From assembly GCA_000934665.2 (NCBI GenBank), contig KZ538274.1:1-64000 (forward strand): a stretch of 64,000 nt of DNA. The letters run 5' to 3'. Position 1 is the first letter of the stretch; every line of letters begins with the position of its first letter. The translations under genes were made by a program, and so were the position numbers. The notes under the pieces are model-generated. The model ran no database searches. It saw nothing but the letters and a program-made list of their open reading frames with translations, and had not been told where the DNA came from. Of the stretch, positions 38,601 to 50,600 are shown piece after piece. This DNA comes from Catajapyx aquilonaris (taxonomy: Eukaryota).

Positions 38601-41600
38601 ACAGTGTTACAGGTATTTTCACTATACACACTTGAAATACTGTAGTATGGTCTGTCTACAGGGTTCGTGTGATATGCCAATTACTTGGCTCTATTATGGA
38701 TTGTTCAGAATATTAGAGCCAGGCACAGTAAAAAAGGAAATGAAACGAATGCATTTGTTGAAAGGCTGCTGTTCTCATTGGTACATTCAGGGTTCAAGTT
38801 TTCCATTCAGAATAGGATGTTTTGCAGAAGAAGTAAATGATAGAAATTTGTTGATCATAATACGATTTTTAGACTGGGAAGGTACGGTACGTAAATATTC
38901 ATTGTGATGAAAGCTTGCTTCCTATAAGTGTCTTGTAGCTGACACGTATTTGAAGATATTCCTAATACCTGTTACCATATTTCTCACCTATTTATGACTG
39001 GATGGAAAAAAAAATCGGAAAGTGAAAACGATATATATTTTTAAAGTTATGAAATTCTAAATCATCAAGTTTTCAGGTTTCCCCACATGAACAAGGCTTA
39101 CCAGTATTGTTTCTTGCACAATGCTTCCCATGTAACATGTGTGCCAGTTGCTGTGAAATGTCTTAGGATTTTACCATCAGAAATTTCTTTTTAAAATTCC
39201 CGTTGAGGTAAATTGGGAAATTTCTTATGTGTTTGAATTGGTTCCATTTCAGAAATCAATCGCTTCACATTAATGACGAGCTTTAATATTTCAGTTTTAA
39301 AGACTGTCCACATTTAAGTGAATATTATTTTGCCACATGAAATTTTCTCACATTCGAGCAACATATAAAGTACATCTGTCATGTATTATGCATTGGGCAC
39401 TACTGGTGGGTGAAGAAAAATATGTAGAAAAGGTCATCCGTGTAGAAGAAGGAAGAGATGGAAGTTGGGCTTGGCAAGCCCAGGGAAAGCAGACCCTGCT
39501 TTCTTGCTCTCTCTGTTGCAGGTGGTAGATTTGGGGGTGATTTTGCATCCGGGGTCCTATTTGCGTGAGTTTTGGAACTTCTTGGATGCTCTAGTGGTGG
39601 TGTGTGCTGCAGTCTCGTTTGCCTTTGACATGATGTGAGTAACCGAAGGCCAGGACGCATTCAGCACGACCTCTCCTGTGGGATTTGATTGGGATTGCAG
39701 AACTCTTTACCAAAAGGAATCCTCCACAACTCCCTACTATTATTTTTCAACTTTTCACTTACTCGACCAACCGTTTTCTATGTATATATTTTTTTGTTTT
39801 GTACATATATTAGAAAAGGTCATTTGGAAATGCTACCATGTGTGAGAGTTTCTTTGTACTCTGTGCATAGTGCAGCCTGTTTCATAGCATTGAATGTTGC
39901 TTACAGTTGTGGAACAATCATGACACAGAACAAATGAACTGTCAGAAACTAGTGGAGCTTTCCATTATGTCCTTATGGCCACAACAATCACAGCAGATAT
40001 TTTTTTCAAGTTGTGTAGATGTCACACCTAAGCCCCGAATTTGCTTGTCGGCAACTAATTGACTATCCTTTTACAGGACGAAAGGATAAACTCCTTGACC
40101 GTCGTCTACCACAAAATTTAATTAGTTTAGATCAAACAGTAATTTAGTGCGATGACCTAATCCTGTAGAAACCCCACCACTGACAAAAGAACCGAACAAA
40201 GTATATTCAACCAAGGAAATACCTAATGAGTGCCTGGTACCACTTCAATTTCCCCTTGTGTTATGCCCCACTACACAAAAATTTGTTAATTTTTTATTGG
40301 AACACATTCCCCCTTTGGAGTTAGATGGTCTCATTTTTTGGGTCTCAAAAGTCACTGCCCACCTTTTGTCATTTTTCTCTCTTTTCATTTTTCTAGGTGA
40401 TAGATTTAGGTGTAGTATTCCATCCGGGCTCCTACTGTAGAGACCTCTGGAACATTCTAGATGCCATAGTTGTTATCTGTGCGCTTGTGGCCTTTGCCTA
40501 TTCGTGAGTATTACGTCACGAACTACCCACAAAAAATTACAGAACGTTTGAGAGCCTCTTCTTCACATGTGTTGCGCTGTACATTTAGGTTGGAAACGGT
40601 TTGTCTGCATGGCTTGTTCTTTTGAGAGCATTTAACTTTTTGCACTTCTTATATCCTATTGCACTTGTTTCATCCTTTGCACCTTTTTCACCTCATGGGA
40701 TTGAGGGCTCAAGTGTGATTTATTACCGTCTGGAAAATCGGATGTGAAGCCTTGTTTCTACCAGCGTAATTTTTGAGCACAAAATGAAAAGCACAAAAAT
40801 AGAGCACAAAATCAAACAAACTTTGTTATTATTACTTTATTACTTTATTATTAATCGCCTAGCAACAAAAATTTGTTCTGGCTTGCATTTTGTCCGGAAC
40901 AAAAATTATGCTGGTGGAAACAAGGCTAAGTCCCTATTTTGTTGTGCAATCTTCTCAATATTGGATGCTACTTTTATTTTCATTTAAATACAGGGTGTCC
41001 ACAATGAACCTCCCTAGTTTCAACTTGCTACTATTACACAAGTTACTGGCCCATGGTGTCGAAATCATACAAGTGAGAAGGGAGACTCATCAAGTTTATG
41101 TGAAAAAATAAGTAGCCTTCCACGTGTGCTCCTAGAACTAGGGAGGTTCATTGTCGACACCCTGTACAATGATTGGTTTCATATCATATGCAAATTTCAG
41201 CAAGCCATGCTATACAGTTTCACAAGATAGCTAACTAAAGAGCACAGCATGGCTTATGCACAAAGCTTGATTAATTTTTGGCAATGCTGGATCAGCATCC
41301 GAGAGCTCAGACGCTAAATTCTTTTGTATAGTACATGAATAAGTTGCGTTGGAAGATGATGGCCAAATTGGTTTACCAGCTTCCAAAAAAAAAAAAATGA
41401 ACAGCTTTTTCCTGTGGTTGTGAGTTTTGTGAGTGGCAATATCAATTGCACGCTGAGCACTATGGTTTCCTCAACAATAAAGCAATTCAAATTTTGTTGA
41501 CCAAAGCTGGATCCATCTTAATTTCGCTCGGTGTGCGTTTACATACATTTTGCCCTAGTTCACATATCAAGTCATTAAAAAACATGCATGTCTAATTAAT

Positions 41601-44600
41601 GTTTGCTGTTTTTATCAGAACATTACATCACTGATGTGCACTAAATAAATAGCATATTTGTCTCTTACCGTTTTCTGAGCTTTTTGACTTTGATACTAAA
41701 TTGCACAGGAGAAAGAATATATGATTACTGTGAGGTAGCTCCAATGTTCATGTCATGTCAATAGATCTGTGTCACCAAAGTAAGGGAAAAGTAGTAGCGG
41801 ATTATGTTTATTCTTCTATATCTCCTGTATATCAACATGTGGCGGTATCTAGTGCTGTGGGTGATTAAGTAAAATGCACTGTGTGTGTTGTGAACAATTT
41901 TGTGTCAGCACAGTGGTAGTTAATAATGGCATTGGAGTTGCCTCATACTGTACAGTGTTTGTGAGGCAAACTTATTTTGCGCATCAGAAGTGATGTGCTG
42001 GCCTCGTAAACGTTTTTTCTAAATGTGTGCCTCTTTGGGCCACGTGCAGGGGAAGCTCAACTGGCCAAAATTTGAGTACCATCAAGTCTCTGCGAGTACT
42101 GCGTGTGCTGAGGCCACTCAAGACCATCAAAAGAGTTCCCAAGTTGAAAGCTGTGTTTGACTGTGTGGTCAGCTCACTAAAGAATGTCTTCAACATTCTT
42201 ATTGTGTACATCCTCTTCCACTTCATCTTTGCTGTCATTGCTGTGCAGCTCTTCAATGGGCGATTCTTCCTGTGCTCAGATGATACTAGAAATGTCAAAA
42301 TAAATTGCCAGTGAGTGTCATTTATTCTCAATTTAAAATGTAGAGTGTTTTCTATGATATTGACTGCATATAAACAATCGCTGTTTTCTAGGGGTGAGTT
42401 TTTCAAGTATGAAGAACCACTGGGACCACCCAAGATTGAACCACGAAGATGGGAACGTGAGCAGTTTCACTACGACAATGTCATGGCAGCCATGCTGACA
42501 CTATTTGCTGTGCAGACAGGAGAAGGCTGGCCTCTGTGAGTATGATAATAGAAACCACAAATTGGTTCGTATTCTGATGATATTTTCTGCAGAATTCTGC
42601 AAGCATCAATGGCAGCAACAGATGAGAATGTTGGCCCCCAGCCACACTATCGCATCGAAATGTCCATATTCTATGTGGTCTACTTCATCGTGTTTCCTTT
42701 CTTCTTTGTCAACATCTTCGTAGCCTTGATTATCATCACTTTCCAAGAGCAAGGAGAAGCTGAGCTTCAGGATGGAGAGATTGACAAGAACCAGGTAATG
42801 TTCAGTGTGGGTCACAAGTTCTGGCATGGTCAAAACATGGTTGAATTTTTCAGAAATCCTGCATTGACTTCGCTATTCAAGCCAAGCCTCTAGAGAGGTA
42901 TATGCCAAAGGACAGGGACAGTTTAAAGTACAAAATCTGGCGCATCGTAGTATCCACCCCTTTTGAGTACTTCATCATGTCTCTCATCGTCCTCAACAGC
43001 TTACTTCTCATGATGAAGGTAGGGGCCTGAGTCCAGAGCAGATTGATGTGTAATTGCTGTATATGAAATTTTGTGTTTCCATTAAGAGAGTTAAATTAGT
43101 CGAGTCACTGAAATTTCCTCTACTCTTGTGTTAAGATTTGATATCATGAATAAAATTTGAGTAAAATTTAAAGTTGATGGGCATGGAAAATTGGCACTTG
43201 TATGGAATCTCTTCAAGAATGATGAATTTTTAGATTTGGAGAACATGCCTTATTTGAATGTACGTACAGTACATCCTCTTGAGAAAATTTATTTGTACTT
43301 TTTTTCATGCCTTATCTCATGAAAGAGGAAACGTTTGCAACTAATCCTGATATTCAAATATTTTAGGTTGACTTCCTCTGGGCAGTTATTCCTGTGAGAC
43401 TGAGCAGTTTGTTAGCATTAGTCATTCAAGAATGAATAATTTTAGACTAACCTGTTGCTCTTTTACTTTCAGCTTTCCAGTCAAAATAAAATTGTACATT
43501 TTTTTCAGGTTCTTACTGTACATTTTTAAGAGAGAATAATAGGCTCCTGTGCTCTATTTCTGTGAATGAATTGTAATTCTTTATATTGCAGTGATTTACT
43601 AAATTTAGGTTTCTTGCTTCATTGAGTGAGGAGGAGAAACCAGACAACAGTAGTTAGACTATTTTAGTAGATAGGTATCAATAGATTGAGGTGTTTTATG
43701 GTATTTGAGTAACTGTTGGTAGAGAAACAGGTGGTGCATGCCATGCATTTGGAAATGCATTTCCACTTGGCTTGTGATCCTTTGGGCCACATTCTGCCAG
43801 TTGCCTGCCTGCAGTTGAGCTAGATGTATAAATATTGTCCGCAGATATACCATATGTAAGGAGATGTTTGTGAATCCAGTATGTAAGCAGCGGTAGATTA
43901 TTTGGTGTTGTGACCGCTAGGTGTAGAAATGTGCAATGTCTTCTTTCTGGGGCACATCAGCTAGCTATTAGAACCTGTGCTGAGAATGCCATGCTGTGAC
44001 ATGCAAAAGAAAAGTTGACATTATTTGCATTCCTGTACATGCAAATGGAGAGATGCATGGTGCCATTTTAAGTATAGTTCTAAGGATTAGCCTACCTAGA
44101 AGTGGATTTTTGTCACTTTTTGTCTGGTGAAAATGTAATTTCTGGCCTGGTAAAATTCCTGCTAGAATTAAAATTGGAAAGACTATTAAAATGTGTTGTA
44201 AAAAATCAACTACTTATCGTTGGAGTGACTGATGATGCACTAGGCTCAAGATTTTTATGCATTGGTTTGTCCATTTGATCAGGAAATGTTACTTAACTTT
44301 TTTGCAGTAATGGGTGTGCATATGATTGCAATCCTGCAGTACTCTGTAAGATAGACCACTCACGAGATATTTATCATGCCAGTAATCACAATTAAATGAT
44401 CTGCAGAGTTGGCTGATCAGAGATTTATATTCTGTACTGCAAAAACATTGTTGATGCTTCGCTGCCATCACAAGCATTGGTGTCACAGTACTATCCACAG
44501 ACTATCCATCACCACTTTGTATCTCACAAAGGATTCGAAATTCATGAGGTCACTTCAGAAGATGTCTTGCACATGACACAATTATGGTCATCCCAGGACT

Positions 44601-47600
44601 TGGATAAGCTGAAATTGTTCTTCCTGTTTTTTTTGTTTTTTTTAGATCTTATCGTGGCACTCTAATCAAATTTGGGAGTGAAATAATGGAACCAAATTTA
44701 ATTAATCATGTACTTATGTTGACCATAAGCTCACATATAAAATACTACCTGACATAGTCCAACATGCGGCATCCTTCTGCAGTGTGACTTTGCAAAATCA
44801 GTACTGTACAAGACTCATGGCCCAGTTTAAAAGTAAAGTAATCACAAATTGAGCAATGTAGTAGTTTATTGACACCTGCTGCATTATTTTATGATGGCAG
44901 TGCCAACTACGTCATGATATTCCAGTAGAAGTGGTGACAAAAATCTGAATAGTTGTACCATAGTTGCAAAAAAACATATGCTTGGTTATAGGACTACTAG
45001 ACATTATAGTGCAAGAACATAGTGTGTATGGGAGCATAAAGCAGGAGGTAAACTGGCAGAATGTGTCATTGTGGCTGTGCTGAAGCATGTGACAGACACC
45101 GGCTGCTGTGCCTGCTGAAAATGATAAATTTTCTATTGTCAGTGCCACTCACACTTTGTCGCTTCCAGATAGTTTTATTTCCCTTTTGGATTCTGTTTCT
45201 TGCCTATAAGTATGCATGGCGATGTCTTTGCCTCTTCTGTGTGACTTGCCTCCCAGCCAAGGCTTAATTATGAATGTCAGCTAATTGTCTGTGACTTCCT
45301 AAATGTTATGTGAATTTTGCAAAAAAAAATAAAGTCACAATCTGTAAATCTGAACATTGACAAGAGATTAACAGATTGCTTTGAAGTGCCTGCTGGCTGG
45401 AGGTTTGCTCTGGAAATGCATCTCTTTGCATGGTGCTGTGTTTAATTGTTGTCCCCCCTTGTTCCCCAGTGAGTGCAAGTTCCGTGTGCCTTTGGCATGA
45501 GGAACCAGTAACATGCTGAGCTGATCTTGTTCCTTCCTGTCGTCACTCTAACAGGTTCTGACCCTAACCAACTCCCAGACTCCATTCACAAAGTTTTAAA
45601 AAGAACTGTTGCACCCTTTTATGTCTTCTCTTCCCAGATGTTTATATCTGTTCTCTTCTTTCTTTCACTTCTGTACTTTCACATCTTTTGTGTGACCCGA
45701 GTGGAACACCTTTCTCATAGGCTATCCGTTAGCTGCATTAAATTGTGACAAGTGCAAATATTAGTAATGCAGCTGTAAAGTCAAGAATATATCATTTATT
45801 GATACTTAGCAGTAAGTTATGCTGCAATGTTTAATTCTTTGCAAGGAAATATTGTGCAGATTCACTAGGTTATGAATCTGTAAGACACTGACAGGTTCAC
45901 AAAGCAATATCACCACCAAAACTTGTGTAGTTGCTTTTTATTGCAAGAGCACACACTTAACAGCTTAACCTGGACACTGGCACAAGCACACCGTCACAAT
46001 ACTTGCCATCTCTGAAGGTGAGACAGTGTTGTCTGTGTATGATATAATGAATATTGCAGGATTAGAATAAGATCACCTCCATCAAAAATTTAAAAGGTTC
46101 CACTCTGGGTTGTGATCCTCCACAGTTGGAGGGAGCAGTTAAGGGTGGGCTCTTCTTATCTTTGGGAAAGGTACTTTCTCCTTCCACTTGGCTCCTTCCC
46201 CCACCTTACAACCTTCCTTCAACTCCTTGTCTTGTTGTACCAGTTTCCTGTTAAACATATTGAGTTACCAACAACTACTGAATGAGACCTGCCTCTGAGG
46301 ATGCTCTTCAGGTCTCACCAGCTCCACTTAAATGTTGTTGCATTTGCTATTACGGAGCCTCCCTCTAAGCCTAACTTCCTCACTGTAACTCAAAACTGAT
46401 TATACATTTTATTTGGACACTAACATACATGAACTGAAACCCAATTTTGGTTGACAGATTCCCAGGCTTAATTACGCATACAGTTTCTTACATTAGTTCC
46501 TGAAATATCAGTTGTGGGTTATATCCTGCCTTGCTGGAATGGCTGTTGCCCCGGTTAACTGTGCCTACCTTCTACCCACCCAGTCTTTCCCACTCACCCC
46601 TAAAGAAATGGGAGAAACAAACTGGACCCTATTGATGTGCGCTTTTTGGAAGTGCATAGTGTGGAGAGAAATTGTTTAGAGACATTCTAAATTTTTTCCA
46701 TTAATTACAATGCACAGTGAAATATTTGTCTCTAGACAATTACTTCCTCCTTCCTCGCTCTTGTTCCAGTGATGTCCGTAAGTGCTCCGTGCTAGTGTTT
46801 AAGTCTGACTATACATATACGTATCCTCTGTTTTGTCTCCTAGTGTGTGATCCACTCGTTCACTCATTACGGATTACTAATTTTTTTCTCTGTGGCTGTT
46901 TTTTTCCTGTGCTCTCTTCTCGGTGCCTCCGTGCCTACGTCCCTACTATATGATAGTTTTACAAGCAGACCCAATCGTACCAGAGGTTCCTACACTACTT
47001 GAATACCGCTTTCACCGCGATGTTTACCATAGAATGTGCTCTCAAGATCATTGCATTCGGAGTCAGGGTAAGAGGGGCCAGGGTCTCTTTGCTGGCCGAA
47101 AAAAGTGGCTGGATTATTTCTTGGTGGCAGTGCTGTTGCAGGCCTCATTCTATTAACTACCCTTAAATCCTATTCACAAAGTTTGTTTGGCAATTTTCTA
47201 CCTACTTAGAGTTGGCTTATATGACAATTTTGCTGCAGAGAGTGATCAGAACATGCCTGGTTTTGTTACGGTCATGTGTTGTTTGGCCGCATAAGGTACA
47301 GACAGTCAATCAATTTATGCTTAATACAAATTGTGAAATTTATATTGGATTTCACTCTTGACACGTATAGTGAGCCTCTATCGCTGTACTAAATTTCACA
47401 ATTTTTTTTGTTTCTAGCATAGCAGCATCATGCCTATTTTAAAACATTGTACAATTTGATATGAAACAATCATGAAATATTAAAAATAGCCTTATGATAA
47501 ACAAAAAATTTCACGTGATGGTATTCTAAAAATTCTTAACATAACAGATGTTGCAAAAGGCATCCTATTTACACAGCTTCAGTGAAACTTTTCAGTTGCT

Positions 47601-50600
47601 TAAATAGGATGGAGCTGCGCAGCACTGCCTCTGTTCTGCTGCTTGTTCCAGCTATCCTACCAACCCAACCACACCCAACAATACTTTTCTGTCTCTATCG
47701 CTACTTCTTTACTTCCTGTCGTGCAAGAAGCTCAAGAGTTGAGCGGAATGAAGGACAAAAAAAAAAGTACATAAACGAGGATTATTTCTTTCCCACTCAG
47801 TCGTCACCCTGAACTGATCTGAGGCTGTGACTTTGTCGCTCGCTTACGGTCCACTTTAGTTGGGAGAGGGAGACCACCACTCCCCCACAGCCCGTCCCTG
47901 TCATGATTTCAAAAAATCACCAGCCCATACCTTCACTTCCACATTTATTTTCCTGTCCCTACTAAGCCACATTGTGGTTCAACTACATATTTAAAATTGT
48001 GAGAATGGGGGGGAAAGACGCCTGAAACTGATTAAGTGATCTTCTGGTGTGAATTTTTGAGTAGTCAACATATAGTGATATTTGTTTCACTGTAGATTTG
48101 TAGAAGCATGAAATTAGCCATAATTAATATTTACTATTCACACTGATTGAATGACTTTTCAATCATGTTTTTTAGTTACAGCTAGAACTCATCACTACAG
48201 CTGTATTTCATCGCTCCAAATGTACTCTGAAATTGGTGCAAAAATGTTCATAAAACCTATTACATATGTGTAGCCAATATTTGTAGCAGTAGCTATCTGT
48301 AAACTGAAAGTCTTCTTATGCTCCAGTGTAATACTACATGAAGTAGATACCACACTATCAGATATTTTGAAGATGAGGCAATTTTCAGAATGACAAAATT
48401 TACGTTTAATGAATGTTTTTGCACATTCCCTTGCAGATAGGCTAGTATAACATGGAATGCCTTTGAGTTGAATGCATGTGAAACATCATAGTAGATTAAT
48501 CACGTGGGAATTGGGAGTGTTAATTATGGCTATTACATGTTCGTCATATTCTGTCACTTCTTTTTGTTTAAATTCCAAGTGACTAGTTTGGAAGCTGGGC
48601 AAAATGGTAGGTCTGAAATGCATTACCTGTTGAATTAGTAACATAAATCCTTCCACCTTAACTGATGAAAGTCGGATGTTCCGGTAATTTCTGAACATCT
48701 TGTGTGGACCATTCTGATGGCCTGGTGGCAGGTGCCTCATGGGAAAGTCCAGTAAGGAAAATTTCAAAGGCCCCTGTGTAGCGGCTGCTCTTGGGTGTCT
48801 ATCATGTTTTAGTCCATCCCTAACATTACCTCTTTAAACAAATCAAAACAGAAAGTCCTTTCCATCCAAATCGTCCCATAGTAGTGCACTAACACAATGC
48901 ATGTGGAAAGTGCATGTGTATGAAGCAATGGATGAGCATGGATTTTTATGGGATTGAGTTGGCGCTTATGCATGCAGCTGCCAAAGGAAATGCAATGTGG
49001 ATATGTGGTACATGTGATTGCATGTATTTTTGCATGTGTGGCATGCATTTTTTTTAAAGCCTTTATCTTCCCAACTCTTTTTGTGTTGCATTTGGCTTGC
49101 TATGTGGTTTGGTGAATGCCCAAGGACCACTGCATGACTTTGTGGTTGGTCAGTTGGTTTGTCGGGTTGTTTGTTTGTCTCACTCGGTGACCATACAGAG
49201 AGCTTTTTGCCCCACACTTAAGTGGCAGGCACTTACCTCCCTTTGGATGGAAGCGTTTTTGGTCCACTCATGTTTCGCATGTTTTGTTTTTTTGCAGCAG
49301 AAAAGCAGGCATATTACATATGTACAGAACCAGTTTCGAGTTTGCCTCACTCAACTTAGACAGTCAAGTATCCTCAACTTGTTAGAGGGATATTTTTTCC
49401 CTAACTTTTTGGAAATTTCTTATCGGACCATTTGTTAGTGGCAGATTTTTATGGTAGAAATTACTTTCTTTTTACTAGTGTCATGTGTGAAACTGTCCTC
49501 ATTGATTGGTGATGATATGATATGATGACATGCGACTTTTTTCTACTAATTATTTGGCTCTGGCAGTTTTTATATGGCATATTTGATTACATTGTGATTA
49601 TTTTATCCCCTTCTCAGGACTTGCCTCCATTTGCTCTGGCCACTGCAAGTTGAGCATACTTGACCTCTCTCCACTGCCCCCACTGGCAAATCAAAAGCCT
49701 TAAAAAGGGAGCCAAAGAGGAAAGCCCTAAAGTGAGCTAACAAAATAGAGAAGAGTATAGTAGGGTAGCAACCCCTTTGGCTCCTTTACAAGTAACTTTA
49801 TCTTGCCGTGTCGTTCATTATGAAAATAATAATAATAAACTGTAAGCAAGTCCCTGAGGAGCGAGTGACATGGCCGTGTTCTCTATCTTTCTCTCTTTTA
49901 TCTCTGGACTCGTCCCAACCTCACAAATTTTTCCACCTCCTGAATACCACGCCCGGATTTACTAAACAAAAAATGTAGTTCCACGGTGCCCCAGTCGTCT
50001 TTATTGAGACTCTGCTCGAGCTCAATGCCGTCTTCACCCTGCTCTTCCTGATTGAATGCATACTCAAACTCATGGCCTTCAGTATCAAGGTGACTGGGGT
50101 GGGCGACTTCTGCATCAGTCAGCCTCTCTTCTTAGCATTTTTAATCAGTGTTTTTTTTTTCTAACTATTTCATTATTCTCCATTTCTCTCTCTCTCTCTC
50201 CCTCTATCTCTGGCTCTATAAATCTTTCAACTTTTGCTACTCTTCTACTCTTGAATCCCCCCTTTTGCCAATTAGTTGCTGTGTTTTCTGATGCACAACT
50301 TGAGTGAATTAGATCACCCAGTTGATATTCCCCAAACTGATTTGGCCTTATTCGCTCCCTGCTCTATCTTCTGCCTATCTCTTCCTCTTCTTGCACACAC
50401 AGATAATTGGAACAGCCCATGGAAACAAATGAAAAGTCTGGTTAATAGGGCTTCATTTTTTTGTCCTCTCGACATTCACATAATTTCGCTAACTGACATG
50501 TAAGTGTTCAATGCTAATTCTAATGTGGTGATAAGCTATGCAGTGGGTTTAGAAACTGTTGGTGTCTTTATTCCAACAAAACATATTTAGTCCCTTTTAG

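Noticed and set aside
41709..41734. Possible microexon before the IIIS4 exon
   Set aside because: Stop codon in the required frame and length not a multiple of 3.
44489..44600. Possible third IVS1-S2 variant starting YYPQT
   Set aside because: Lacks the S2 helix motif N..FT..F..E..LK.
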